52,643 nucleotides of DNA from a virus (lineage: Duplodnaviria; Heunggongvirae; Uroviricota; Caudoviricetes; Crassvirales): IMG/VR virus record IMGVR_UViG_3300027816_000067, positions 72,322 through 124,964 of that record, one strand, 5' to 3'. The notes below the pieces were generated by a model. The model was given only the letters and a program-made list of their open reading frames with translations, did no database searches and had not been told where the DNA came from. The position numbers were made by a program, and so were the translations under genes. Positions 29,512 through 39,417 of this stretch are shown one piece after another (the first letter of the stretch is position 1; each line of letters starts with the position of its first letter).

Positions 29512-31781
29512 TTGCCCATTACTGATCTACGAATCAACTTTCTATTTCTGTGCTCGTCTTCCCGAACTTCATAGAGCAACGAACCTTGGCGCACTAAGCT
29601 CGGTTGAGAGGATTTGTAAGCAGCTATCAACTTTTTATTCTCCTCCCTCATTACCTTAGCCATTGTCAGCATACCAAGCTGCTCTGAGTTCATACGTTGC
29701 TCTACACCAATGCCTGAAAGCGCAAGAGCCTTGGTCTCGTCAGCAGTAAACACCTTAGAGCCTTTCTCCAAGTAAGTGAGTGAAGGCCCATTGGGAGACA
29801 AGGAGAATCTCCCAGAAGGAGTTTGAATCAACTCTGGCCCCTTCTCCCCAACAATTGCCAAACCTCCCGGTGCGAAGTCGGTACCTTTTTCGAATTTCAT
29901 TATTTGAGATCGGGCTGTAGCAAATGCAATTTTAATCAGCCCTGAGATTGCAAGGGCTCTCGCTATACCAGTAGCTCCGAAGGTAAGAACAGAATCTGGG
30001 GTAGATAAGGCTTGAGCTGTAGCCTTTGCAATGGTAGCATGCTGCACTGCCAGTAACTCCTTCTCAACCTGATTAAGTAGGAACACCAAGGCTCCTTTCG
30101 AAAGCGCCCTGATAAAATTATCATTGGACTGGAGCGCTCCCTGAATTGTAGCTACTAACTCGTTGGTCAGAGAGGTCATGTACATAGTCTCATCCATGAA
30201 CTGTTTTTTGCGCCGTTCAGACTGACTCATAAACTTTTCTGTAGTCTCCTCTCCGTATCCATTTATGACTTCTTGTACCTGCTCCTCCCAAGTCTTCAAT
30301 TCCTGTAAACGAACAAGCATTGCATCAAACTCTTCTTTCCGCTTCTTATCTTGTTCGTTTAACATCTGAGCCCGTTGCAAGTCAGCATTGATCTCGTTTT
30401 GAATTCGCTGCTCTAATTCAGCCTTCAATTTGGCAGTAAGTTCCTTAGCGTTTTTTGTTCTGGTGGCCTGTTCTTCAGCGTCAATCAATAACAACTCTTT
30501 GGATGCATCTTGGCGAATCTTTAACAACTCGGCTTCCTCGTCCTCAGTCAGCTTACGGTTTTCTTTAAAGTAAACCGCTTTGTTGCCCAGTAACCAAAGA
30601 GCAAGTGTCTTTGCTTTATTTACTTCGGCAACACCGGCCTCTCTTTGCCTATCGACACTCTTAATAATCTCCTCTTGTTTCTTGCGCTCTAGATCAAAAG
30701 TTGCCTCACCTCGTATTTGAAGCAGTCTAATTTCCAGATCGTATCTTTCTTCCATCGTTGTTCTCTCCTTAGCGTAGCGCTCAATAGCTTTTTGACTAAC
30801 TTCGTCAGCAATATCCGAAAACCACTTGAATGCAGCAGCAGCGGCAACCAATACACCCGCGACCAAGAAAATTGGATTGGAGAACAAAGCAACTCCAATG
30901 GCTTTAAAGGACTTTCCGATTCCTCCCAAGCCTTCAATAATTTCTTTGGAAGACATTCCCTTCAAACTTGCTGCTAACTGATTGGCCGAAGTGGCCGCAC
31001 CGCTCAAGTCCCCAGCTCGAAGTTGGGACCCCAATTGTTGAAAAGACCCTGCAATGTTTTCCACTCCTGAGGCTTGAGTGTTCTTCACCGCATCATTAAT
31101 ATCATTAAGTTCGTCTTTCAATTTACCGGCTCTTTGAGCAGCGGCAATAAATTCTGGACTGCCTGTACCAAGCGTTGCTGCAATTCCTGCCATCTCATCT
31201 TTAGCCGCACGTAACTCCAGCTTCAATTCCTTAGTGGCGTTTTCATATTGGCCAACCTTATCTTGGTGCTGACCCATACTTGCCTTCAAGTCTTTCACGG
31301 CTTGGTCTTGTTCTTCAATAACCTTCAATAACTCCCGACCACTATCGCTGTTTCGTTCTTGGTCACTGCGGAGTTCGCGGTAGGCATTACGATTCGCCTT
31401 GAGGGCAGCTTCCAATTCATGAAGGCTGGAAGTCTGAGCCTTAACGGACTTTGCATCCTTATCACCAAGAACAGACTTTTGTCTAGTCTCTTCCTTAACT
31501 TTTTGAAGTACTTTGATTTGATCTTGGTAAGCTTGAGTGTTTCGAGCTTCGGCAGTGGCCACTTGCTTCTGGATTTTCTCTAGCTCCATTTGAGCTAATG
31601 TTAAATCTTCAATAGCTTTCTTGTGTTTCGAGGGGCTATCTCCATTAGCAGCAGCGTTGAAACTCTTCGTTACCTCCATAAGTTTGTAGGCAGAGTTGAC
31701 GGCCTCCATCATGTTCTTGCTGAGGACTAACGGAGCGTCAATAGCTTCCTGGGATAGAATGTCTTGTTTTTGAATACTCAT
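29508..31781 (-). CDS. Tape measure protein
   Basis: Long Ala/Lys/Glu-rich helical protein, central TM-like segment, C-terminal FEKGTDFAPGGLAIVGEKGPELI motif. Confidence 0.85.
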   Translation of the reverse strand: MSIQKQDILSQEAIDAPLVLSKNMMEAVNSAYKLMEVTKSFNAAANGDSPSKHKKAIEDLTLAQMELEKIQKQVATAEARNTQAYQDQIKVLQKVKEETRQKSVLGDKDAKSVKAQTSSLHELEAALKANRNAYRELRSDQERNSDSGRELLKVIEEQDQAVKDLKASMGQHQDKVGQYENATKELKLELRAAKDEMAGIAATLGTGSPEFIAAAQRAGKLKDELNDINDAVKNTQASGVENIAGSFQQLGSQLRAGDLSGAATSANQLAASLKGMSSKEIIEGLGGIGKSFKAIGVALFSNPIFLVAGVLVAAAAAFKWFSDIADEVSQKAIERYAKERTTMEERYDLEIRLLQIRGEATFDLERKKQEEIIKSVDRQREAGVAEVNKAKTLALWLLGNKAVYFKENRKLTEDEEAELLKIRQDASKELLLIDAEEQATRTKNAKELTAKLKAELEQRIQNEINADLQRAQMLNEQDKKRKEEFDAMLVRLQELKTWEEQVQEVINGYGEETTEKFMSQSERRKKQFMDETMYMTSLTNELVATIQGALQSNDNFIRALSKGALVFLLNQVEKELLAVQHATIAKATAQALSTPDSVLTFGATGIARALAISGLIKIAFATARSQIMKFEKGTDFAPGGLAIVGEKGPELIQTPSGRFSLSPNGPSLTYLEKGSKVFTADETKALALSGIGVEQRMNSEQLGMLTMAKVMREENKKLIAAYKSSQPSLVRQGSLLYEVREDEHRNRKLIRRSVMGK

Positions 31782-32434
31782 TTTCCTTTGGGCTCAGACC
31801 GTTTCTTTATAATCTTTTTGTACTCGTTGTACCTTGCAAGAGTAATGTCGTCAGGGACTGTGAAACCTAATTGTACACATAAGGTAGCCATCAACTCTTC
31901 GAAGGTAATGGCGTTTTCAGATTCCCCCTTAAAGTTAGCTACCTCAGATTGTAGCATACGAATACGCGTGGTGAGTTCGGACGAACGTCTTACTAACTCA
32001 GAAAGAGCTGCGTCATACTCCTCTGTATTGGAGTATGAAAATTTATAACCACGGGCAGTGAGATCGGAAATAATTTGTTGATCTACTTTAAAAGCAAGTA
32101 TAATGATGGCAGTTCGGATTAAGGTGTACTCAGCCACTACTTTTTCGTAAGCCTTCAACGTGCGAATGTAGTGGTAAAACTGATTGTTATTTGAACTGGT
32201 ACTGTTCTTCTTAATAATCTCCTCCCAAGTATTCACAAGAACCTCCTGAGGTGGATTACCACTCACCACTAACTGCTTGTATTCTTGAGTCTCCGCTATT
32301 TGCATAAAGACTTTTAATGGTATTTTAGAGTAGTCAAATATTTTCCAAGATGGCTTTGGAGACTTCCGGGAGAACAATCTGTTGCGCCACTCTTTCAGTG
32401 TTGACTTTATCCGTTCCAAAAATCTCTTCACCAT
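31778..32434 (-). CDS. Tail assembly chaperone-like protein
   Basis: Immediately upstream of TMP, helical; true start may be downstream (100-nt overlap with previous gene). Confidence 0.5.
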   Translation of the reverse strand: MVKRFLERIKSTLKEWRNRLFSRKSPKPSWKIFDYSKIPLKVFMQIAETQEYKQLVVSGNPPQEVLVNTWEEIIKKNSTSSNNNQFYHYIRTLKAYEKVVAEYTLIRTAIIILAFKVDQQIISDLTARGYKFSYSNTEEYDAALSELVRRSSELTTRIRMLQSEVANFKGESENAITFEELMATLCVQLGFTVPDDITLARYNEYKKIIKKRSEPKGK

Positions 32435-32747
32435 ACTTCGCTTTTAGTTCTGTAGTCTTCTCGTCTCTCGAATCAAATAATACCGAGAACTCATCTGCTT
32501 TCAGGTACATTGCATTGTAAAAGTCACCGGTCAATTTCAGGTCTACTGTAATTCGACCTTTCATGTTTGCGTACGCAATACTGGCATACTCTCCCAATGG
32601 TTCCCCCTCCCGATCAAAGGAGTCTTGAAGCTGCTCTCTGTTAAAGTCCAATACGGCTTGCTCATTCTGTCTTAGAGCCTGAAGCGCGACACGCTCCAGG
32701 TCTAAGGCAGCTAAATTAACAGCAGCTTGTTTTAGCTTCTCAAGCAT
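32334..32747 (-). CDS. Neck/tail-completion-type protein
   Basis: DLKLTGDFY...KYGEEIFG motifs; between major tail and chaperone genes. Confidence 0.5.
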   Translation of the reverse strand: MLEKLKQAAVNLAALDLERVALQALRQNEQAVLDFNREQLQDSFDREGEPLGEYASIAYANMKGRITVDLKLTGDFYNAMYLKADEFSVLFDSRDEKTTELKAKYGEEIFGTDKVNTERVAQQIVLPEVSKAILENI

Positions 32748-33634
32748 TAAGACACATCCAGTGTGGCCGAAGTCAGTACCTCAAACGCTGTCACGGTCAG
32801 CAACGAAGCATCTCGAAGCGTCACAGTACCGTCAACGAAATTGCCCGTACGGACTACGTTGTACACCCCTGAGCCAACGGAAGTTTCCGTTACTGAGGTA
32901 GGATTCTGTGCACCTCCAGCGGCTGTGAAGGCAAGGAAATCTGCCAGCAGTAATCCACTAACAGGAGTGCCGTCACACTTCGAGCGTACCGTAGCAGTGA
33001 AAGAGCCTGCAAGAACACTGCTGAGAATGATTTCCGCGTCAGTCAATGGAATCAACTCACCAACAAAGTCGGCAGGGATCATCAACCCACGATCGTCAAT
33101 CTCGTTGTGGTCTTTCAGTACAAAATACACCGGGCTCTTGGTCGCAACACTTCCATCGCTGATAATCAACTTCTCAACGTTGATAAGACTGGTACGGAAA
33201 CCAGCGCCATCTCCGTTGGACAGCTCCGTCATAAAGAAGTTGTTGTTCAAATCAAAGAAAATCACACGGTCGTCAGAGCCGGAGTGGCTGAACATAGCTT
33301 TGTGCAGACACAGATTCTTGGAGATGTGTGCACGAAAACGATACTTGCCCTGACGGACACGAATGTCAGTCAGTGGAGTTTCTTCGTACACCACCTCTTC
33401 ACTCACAGCCTCGCAATTCGAGAAGGTAGGCCACAAGTAAATACGGGAAGCAAGACCAGCCTTGAGCGCATTCTGAAGAAACGTCTTCAGTGCGGCAGGG
33501 TTAGCCAACGTTGCAGCCGGGATACTGAAATTGGCAGGAGTCGTGATGGCTCCAGCAAACAGACCGGGCAACTTGTTACACTTACTGGCACCAAGGTTTT
33601 GCTTAGGGTCAGTAGAACAGATTATTTCTGCCAT
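32747..33634 (-). CDS. Major tail tube protein with C-terminal Ig-like domain
   Basis: N-terminal Cys motif (CSTDPKQNLGASKC), position after neck genes, beta-rich C-terminal extension. Confidence 0.7.
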   Translation of the reverse strand: MAEIICSTDPKQNLGASKCNKLPGLFAGAITTPANFSIPAATLANPAALKTFLQNALKAGLASRIYLWPTFSNCEAVSEEVVYEETPLTDIRVRQGKYRFRAHISKNLCLHKAMFSHSGSDDRVIFFDLNNNFFMTELSNGDGAGFRTSLINVEKLIISDGSVATKSPVYFVLKDHNEIDDRGLMIPADFVGELIPLTDAEIILSSVLAGSFTATVRSKCDGTPVSGLLLADFLAFTAAGGAQNPTSVTETSVGSGVYNVVRTGNFVDGTVTLRDASLLTVTAFEVLTSATLDVS

Positions 33635-33640
33635 AATTTT

Positions 33641-34177
33641 TTAACAGTTAGTTTCTTTTTGGTTAATTCTCAAATTCACAATTTCGATTGCATCAATTGG
33701 ATCGCTAAAAACCTGACGCTGAGCCGCTTTTTTATTGTTCAATGTTTCTTCGGGTGTGCCCCAAAAGTAACGGTTGATAGACGTGTGTTCTGGGCGTTGC
33801 AAATTGCCGCTCCACATAAACAAACCCGAACGTTTGAGGGCTACAAAAAATCGTTCGTACAGCGGAAACAATGTTGGTTTGAACACCCGCGTTAATCGCT
33901 CCTCTGCGTTCAGGTTCTTTTCAGTGGCCGCAATAATGGCAAGGTTAAGGCTATATCGCAGCATGTCGCCATCACGCTCAGGTGTGGTGGGCAACCGCAA
34001 AACAATTAGCGGAAACCTTTTATTGTACCTTGCCGGGCTTTTGGCCATTGCAACTATGCGCTCGTTAACTTCGGCAACGTGACCAAACATGTAGTAAGGC
34101 GCATCCTCTGCGGCATCTCCGTTCAGCGTTCGCATTAACTGCACTACGGTTCCGATATCATCCTCGATGATTCTCAT
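33641..34177 (-). CDS. Tail terminator / head-tail joining protein
   Basis: YYMFGHVAEV...KRFPLIVL...FKPTLFPLYERF pattern; synteny. Confidence 0.55.
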   Translation of the reverse strand: MRIIEDDIGTVVQLMRTLNGDAAEDAPYYMFGHVAEVNERIVAMAKSPARYNKRFPLIVLRLPTTPERDGDMLRYSLNLAIIAATEKNLNAEERLTRVFKPTLFPLYERFFVALKRSGLFMWSGNLQRPEHTSINRYFWGTPEETLNNKKAAQRQVFSDPIDAIEIVNLRINQKETNC

Positions 34178-34899
34178 AAACCGAAGGCGTTAATGTATTC
34201 CGGGTAACAGAATTTGTCTGCCAGGTATTCGCGGAAGTCGGTGTACCCTTTACTTGTTACCAGGTCATTAAAGTCCTCATAATTTTCGTAAAGGTAACCA
34301 TATAGCGAATCTTGGTTTTCGTTGGCAGATGGATATTGGTCATCGTACAACACGCCGATAAGTTCCGCGAATCGATTGTACCCCGCAACAATCATCGGAG
34401 TAGGGTTTACAATAGTGGCATTTTCTGCGGCACTTATTACCGCACCAGACCCGGTAATGCTATGCGCGTATTCACGCAAGTATTCAGCATGTAGGTACGG
34501 CACAATTGCCTCGTTAAAGCCTAACCATTGTTGTTCGAATCCGCTCCAGTTATACGTGGTGCCTTTTTTTAAGACCAGCCATCGGTCGACAGGTTGCAGC
34601 GTCCAGCCAATTAAAGTATCGGGCACGTTTTGATTATTGTTGATAGTCGATTGATAAATCGATAATCCATAAACCACGCGATCACCTATACTGTAGTGTG
34701 GATGCGGCGTTGTCGTCCATTCAGCAGGCAAGGCTTCAACGCCAGATTTTAAAGCGTTCCAAAAAATCAGCCCTAAAGTCTTTTGTAATATCTCTTTTTC
34801 TTTACGAGTAAAGAACGCAGTGAGGCCACTATCGCTATCAGGCGATTGGCGCACCGTGTAAGGAGGCGCAACAAAATCCGTTAGGGCTGTGAATAGCAT
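34174..34899 (-). CDS. Head-tail connector (adaptor) protein
   Basis: Second gene after MCP; EKEILQKTLG, YLHAEYLR, INAFGL C-terminus. Confidence 0.55.
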   Translation of the reverse strand: MLFTALTDFVAPPYTVRQSPDSDSGLTAFFTRKEKEILQKTLGLIFWNALKSGVEALPAEWTTTPHPHYSIGDRVVYGLSIYQSTINNNQNVPDTLIGWTLQPVDRWLVLKKGTTYNWSGFEQQWLGFNEAIVPYLHAEYLREYAHSITGSGAVISAAENATIVNPTPMIVAGYNRFAELIGVLYDDQYPSANENQDSLYGYLYENYEDFNDLVTSKGYTDFREYLADKFCYPEYINAFGL

Positions 34900-34912
34900 C
34901 GAATTGTTTTTT

Positions 34913-35362
34913 TTACTGCCGCATAAAATAAGCCTGAGCCGTGAACGTGGCGTTCATGGTACCAGTTCCCGTCCAGCTCACGCGGTAAAACGGAAACGGA
35001 CTACCGTTAATGCGCCAGTGATAGGCAGCAGTAGCGTCAGCAGCGGTAATCGTTGGCAGAGCGGTTTGCGTTTCAATGGTTCGCAATGCAACAAAACTTG
35101 TCCCATCCAGCGAGCCAAGTAGCGTAATAGTGCCACCAACCGTACCGGATACTTTCGTAACGTTTACCTGTACGACCGTATAGCTTGCACGTTCTTGCAG
35201 CAATCGCGGAGTAGTCAGAAACGCAGTACCGGTATTTACAACGGTTTCAAAAAGTGCCGATGTGCCGGACACCAAGTTAACCGTCTGGCCATTCGAAGGC
35301 GCAGCAATAATCGCGAACAAGGCTACCAAGCCCACGATCAGGAAATTGAATTTAGTTTTCAT
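34913..35362 (-). CDS. Capsid-adjacent beta protein (possible head decoration) with signal peptide
   Basis: MKTKFNFLIVGLVALFAIIAAPSNG-Q signal peptide; TITLLGSLDG...FYRVSWTGTGT beta-sandwich; directly after MCP. Confidence 0.55.
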   Translation of the reverse strand: MKTKFNFLIVGLVALFAIIAAPSNGQTVNLVSGTSALFETVVNTGTAFLTTPRLLQERASYTVVQVNVTKVSGTVGGTITLLGSLDGTSFVALRTIETQTALPTITAADATAAYHWRINGSPFPFYRVSWTGTGTMNATFTAQAYFMRQ

Positions 35363-35396
35363 TTTTCTTCTTTTACTTTTTCGTTACACCATTCGA

Positions 35397-36635
35397 TTAG
35401 TCAAGCAATGCAATAGCAGCAGGAATGTCAGTCACTTTTGCAAATGCATTCAGGTCAACGTTACGAACGAGTAACGCAGTACGCTTACGCGCCTTAATCG
35501 TCATCATATCGTTGATGAATTGGTTTGCGATGAATCCCATTTCAACCTCAATTCCACCAGCGGTAAACTGAGTGGCCCAATTAAAGTCACCCACCAGCAT
35601 TTCGTTTACTCCAGGCAAGGCATGAGGAATCACGCGAACGCCATTTACATTAGCGGTTCCATCTGGTAAGAATTGCACAAATTGCGGGTTCAGGTAATGA
35701 CCGTCAACGGCTTTTTTAATCAGCATCTCGTTGAAGCGAGCGTAAGAAATAATCGCGGTGCTTGCGCGGAATTTCGATTCCCGGCCAGCGTTAATTTGCT
35801 CGGCCACTTTTACGATTAGGTCAAACAAGTTCGGCTCATCCAGTTGCAAATCAGGCGCTACATACGTTGGCGCGTACGTAAGGATACCGGTAATGTTTGG
35901 AGCAATACCATTGGCATTCCACAAATCAGCATCTTCACGCAAGCCAACGTTAACTTGTAACAGTTGTTCAATTTCGCCAGCGATGTAGTCAACATCGTTA
36001 AAGGCTTCCATTGACACCGGCACTTGGTCGCCAATTTTTTGCAGCGACAAAGTGTACTCTTGCCACGGAAAGGTAGATTCCGGGAAAGCGTTATTTTCAG
36101 CAACGGACGCAGCCGCGCGGGTAGGTGCCGATTGATCCACATAACGAACAATCCCGTTTGAGTTAGGCGCAATCGGGCGTTGACGGAACAAAGATGAAAG
36201 CGTAAAACTACGATATGCCACTTGGCCAATGTCATCCAAGCGCATTGCCTGCGTGGTGTTGGTAACGGACGAGCGGAGTACCGGCGCTTTGGTAACGGGC
36301 ACCTCAATTTTGAAAGACGTTTTCTCGCCCTTCGCAATGCGCCCCATCACATCTTTCTTTTCTTCGATCAATTCGGCCACAGACTTGTCTTTGTTGCCGC
36401 CTTTGCCGGTCAGTATCTTGTTGATTTCAAGCCCTTGAGCCTCTACGGCTTTCGTCAGCTTTTCAATTGCATCGGCTTTAACACCCGCTTTTTCAAGGGT
36501 TTCGGTAAGTTTTTCGGTTGTTACCAAGCCTTCCGTAGCCTTTTTGATTTCATTCTTCACGGCCTCAATTTGGCTGCCGTGTTCTTTTCCGAGCTTTTGG
36601 ATTAGCTCCTGAATTTCTTTCACTTCGATTTCCAT
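35397..36635 (-). CDS. HK97-fold major capsid protein
   Basis: N-terminal coiled-coil delta domain, AASVAENNAFPES, KIGDQVPVSME, LVGDF, FINDMMTIKARKR motifs. Confidence 0.92.
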   Translation of the reverse strand: MEIEVKEIQELIQKLGKEHGSQIEAVKNEIKKATEGLVTTEKLTETLEKAGVKADAIEKLTKAVEAQGLEINKILTGKGGNKDKSVAELIEEKKDVMGRIAKGEKTSFKIEVPVTKAPVLRSSVTNTTQAMRLDDIGQVAYRSFTLSSLFRQRPIAPNSNGIVRYVDQSAPTRAAASVAENNAFPESTFPWQEYTLSLQKIGDQVPVSMEAFNDVDYIAGEIEQLLQVNVGLREDADLWNANGIAPNITGILTYAPTYVAPDLQLDEPNLFDLIVKVAEQINAGRESKFRASTAIISYARFNEMLIKKAVDGHYLNPQFVQFLPDGTANVNGVRVIPHALPGVNEMLVGDFNWATQFTAGGIEVEMGFIANQFINDMMTIKARKRTALLVRNVDLNAFAKVTDIPAAIALLD

Positions 36636-36648
36636 TTTTTTGATGGTT

Positions 36649-37455
36649 TTAGTTTATAATTGATTTGCGATACACGTCCACCAAATCATTTACGTTCAGA
36701 GTGGTTTTTACCGGCTCAGTTTTTTCAGTGGGTTTACCCGGCTGAATTTTATTGTTCAATGTTGGTGTAAGTACGTTTGATCCTAACAATACAGCAGACA
36801 CTTCGATTAGTTTTGCTTCACGCACGGCAAAGAAAAATCCGGCTTCTTCTGCTTCCTCTTTGTTGCCGAGTGATGGGAACACTTCTTCCCAGGTTTCATA
36901 CTCGGATTTGTAGTTGTCATCATTTGCGGCCAATTCAATCTTGGTGTAAATCATTCCTACCGAATGTTGATCTACCGCATCGTCTTTGTATTCCTCGTAA
37001 ACCTTTTTGTTGAGCCTGGCTTCGATTTGGCTTTCCATAAGTAATACAACCGTATCACCGTTTTTAGGATGGCCAAGCGCCCGCCACTTCATCCCGACTT
37101 CGGCAAAGGAAAGCGGGCGGCCAACCTTTGCCGCAAGTTGAAACTTATGATCGTGCAGGTGTGGGATGCGCGTGCCGCGTTCCTGAATTGATTTTGCAAA
37201 TATGCCATTTAAGTGTACGTCTCCATGACTGTCTAACCAATTGTAAGTGTTGGAAACAATAGTCCGTTTCAATATGCCTTTTTCCTCATCGTTCTCATAA
37301 AGGTATCGGCCCTTTGTAACGGATGGCTCAAACGACTTATTAGGCAGCAGCGTAATCGCATCGGCAATTTTCATTTTTTGCGTTGCCAAGCGGAAGTCTT
37401 TTTCCGCGATTAGCCGCTGATATGTGGCCTTGTCAATGCGTGTTTTCATTTGCAA
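36649..37455 (-). CDS. HK97-family prohead protease
   Basis: DSHGDVHLNGIF, HLHDH, HSVGM, LIEVSAVLLGSN motifs; between portal and MCP. Confidence 0.88.
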   Translation of the reverse strand: MQMKTRIDKATYQRLIAEKDFRLATQKMKIADAITLLPNKSFEPSVTKGRYLYENDEEKGILKRTIVSNTYNWLDSHGDVHLNGIFAKSIQERGTRIPHLHDHKFQLAAKVGRPLSFAEVGMKWRALGHPKNGDTVVLLMESQIEARLNKKVYEEYKDDAVDQHSVGMIYTKIELAANDDNYKSEYETWEEVFPSLGNKEEAEEAGFFFAVREAKLIEVSAVLLGSNVLTPTLNNKIQPGKPTEKTEPVKTTLNVNDLVDVYRKSIIN

Positions 37456-37621
37456 TAGGTGTTACTTCAACTATAAAATGATTAACAGAAAAATACACAA
37501 TGCCACCATCGTTTTTGTTAACTTCAATGCAGTCTTTTAATTGGCAAACGCTTGTAGCGGTGTACGTTGCAATTGTAAAGAACATTAACGTTTTTACTTC
37601 AACTTTCATTAATGTGTTCAT
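37433..37621 (-). CDS. Small hypothetical protein
   Basis: 62-aa ORF, coupled by ATGA overlap to the upstream ORF. Confidence 0.45.
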   Translation of the reverse strand: MNTLMKVEVKTLMFFTIATYTATSVCQLKDCIEVNKNDGGIVYFSVNHFIVEVTPIANENTH

Positions 37622-37725
37622 TTGCGCACAATTTGTTTTTTGTCAGTCATTGCCTTTTTTATGGCTTTGATCCGTTCGATTTCCTCGCGGGAAATCTTAA
37701 TCTTCGGTTCCGTTTGCTTCGGCAT
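37618..37725 (-). CDS. Small basic protein (35 aa, MPKQTEPKIKISREEIERIKAIKKAMTDKKQIVRK)
   Basis: Manual translation; fills the gap and its stop overlaps the next ATG. Confidence 0.4.
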   Translation of the reverse strand: MPKQTEPKIKISREEIERIKAIKKAMTDKKQIVRK

Positions 37726-37882
37726 TGCGTTTTGCTTTACGTTGTTTCCGATTTTCAATAGCGCGATTTATACGCTCAATGTATCGGTTTGGCTTCTTTA
37801 CCGGCACATCAACAAACACTTCGTTGATTGATTCGTCCGGCACAAAAGGTTTTTCTTCGGTTGCTTTTTTCTTGCGTCCCAT
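37697..37882 (-). CDS. Small basic hypothetical protein
   Basis: 61-aa ORF directly after portal. Confidence 0.45.
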   Translation of the reverse strand: MGRKKKATEEKPFVPDESINEVFVDVPVKKPNRYIERINRAIENRKQRKAKRNAEANGTED

Positions 37883-37883
37883 G

Positions 37884-39368
37884 TTATTGTTGATTTTGTT
37901 GAGATGGCTGACCTAAAATTTCCGAGGCTTGCTCTGGTGTAAATCCGTAAACCACTGTCAATATCCCAAGCGCAGATTCGCGCGTACTTGTTCCAGCCGC
38001 TACGCTCGCTTGAATGTTTAGAATACCTTGAACGCCTCCAACGCTGCCGCGTAATTGAGCCTGAGCCGCTAACGTTTCAACGTCAGACTGATTGTCATCC
38101 GCTGGCGGTGGTATTTCTTTTCCATCGCCAAAGCCAAGTTTTTGCAGTTCAAATCTGTATTCCGATTGGGTGATTTGTTTGTCTTGCAACAGCAGCGACA
38201 AATTAGTTATAGCAGTGCGCTTTGCTTCCGATTTGGTTTTCAAATCGTCTTCGAAAATTGGCAGATAAAAGTAATCCGCGATAATACGTGTCTGGCGATC
38301 TTTACCTCTCAGGTCGTAATCAATACCACCGATCCATTCGTTTGCCTCTGGCATGATGGTACGAACGTATAAACCCTTTTCAGCCTGCTTTTGGTTTTCG
38401 AATGTTGCCCCGCTGATAGACGCAAAAACATCTTTAGGAACGCCAGCAGCATCGCATATCTTAAAAAAGCCTTCGCGGGTTTCCTCAAAGATTCCTAAGT
38501 TCTGCGGGTTGTTTGTACCTGCCTGTTCCCATCGCAAATTTTGACTGGTAACAATTGTTTGCTTTTGACCCTTTAGCGTTCCATATTTTGAAAACGCCCT
38601 TTCTAAACGTTGGCGTTCTTCTTTTGGAAGTTCTATTGAACCGCTTATGTCCTTACTGTCATTTACCCACGCACCATTAGCGCCACGATGCGCTAAGATA
38701 ATCCCCCTGGATTCATAAGCCATTTTGAGGTTATTGATAACTGCGCTCATGGCCATGTACTTACTCTGGCCGACTAAGATTTTATCGTCAGTAGAGTTTT
38801 TGATCTTAGTCCGATTGTCGTTGAAGTGAATGATGTTTTCGCCTTCAACTTTATCGTACTCGTTATCGGCTTTCAGTATTTTGTAGAAAACCTTTGGCGG
38901 CTCGCTGTGCAGGTAAAAAGGAAGTTCAGCATCGTACTTGCACTTAATGATGTCGTGAGGGATTGTAAACAATGCCTTCACATTGCCGTTGCCCATGCCA
39001 AAAGGCAGGAGCTTGTATATGTACTCGTTGCCGTAAACTTCGCGTAAAATTTTAGTCTGAATCAAAAATTCCTTGTCGCCCTGAAACCAATTCGGGTTTG
39101 AGATTAGGTTTATGATTCGCTGCCCTTCGGTTGTTTTCTTTTCGTTGCCATCAGCGTCAACTTCTTTCAGGCGCATGTTAGCATACGAGCGGGCTTTCAG
39201 TGCAATAGGTGCGTAAACTTCTGGTATGGTTTCGAAAGCCTCCATTACGTCGGCCTCTTTGAATGTGTCAGCGGATGAGGCGAGAACGTACCAATATTGC
39301 CCGCCTTCCCTGCGCCAGCCGAGTAGATTTGTAAACGTCCTAATTAGCTTAGGAAATGTAGCTGCCAT
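37884..39368 (-). CDS. Portal protein (HK97 family) with C-terminal helical extension
   Basis: IPEVYAPIALKA, NPNWFQ, YGNEYI, AAGVPKDVF motifs; downstream of TerL. Confidence 0.88.
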   Translation of the reverse strand: MAATFPKLIRTFTNLLGWRREGGQYWYVLASSADTFKEADVMEAFETIPEVYAPIALKARSYANMRLKEVDADGNEKKTTEGQRIINLISNPNWFQGDKEFLIQTKILREVYGNEYIYKLLPFGMGNGNVKALFTIPHDIIKCKYDAELPFYLHSEPPKVFYKILKADNEYDKVEGENIIHFNDNRTKIKNSTDDKILVGQSKYMAMSAVINNLKMAYESRGIILAHRGANGAWVNDSKDISGSIELPKEERQRLERAFSKYGTLKGQKQTIVTSQNLRWEQAGTNNPQNLGIFEETREGFFKICDAAGVPKDVFASISGATFENQKQAEKGLYVRTIMPEANEWIGGIDYDLRGKDRQTRIIADYFYLPIFEDDLKTKSEAKRTAITNLSLLLQDKQITQSEYRFELQKLGFGDGKEIPPPADDNQSDVETLAAQAQLRGSVGGVQGILNIQASVAAGTSTRESALGILTVVYGFTPEQASEILGQPSQQNQQ

Positions 39369-39375
39369 TCATATT

Positions 39376-39417
39376 CGTATATGCAAATATACGTTTATTT
39401 GAGTATTCGCATAAACG
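39376..39417 (-). promoter_or_regulatory. Bacteroidota-type promoter upstream of portal with overlapping palindromes
   Basis: Minus strand TTTA-N20-TATATTTG (-7 box at 39384-39391); inverted repeats CGTATAT-N4-ATATACG and CGTTTAT-N12-ATAAACG. Confidence 0.6.

Noticed and set aside
31778-32747. Programmed tail-chaperone (G/GT-type) frameshift
   Set aside because: The two ORFs overlap by ~100 nt, but I found no convincing slippery heptamer; the overlap is more likely an over-extended start call.
27367-33634. Impression that tail genes differ in codon/CpG style from head genes (a third mosaic block)
   Set aside because: By-eye impression only; needs sliding-window codon or tetranucleotide analysis.
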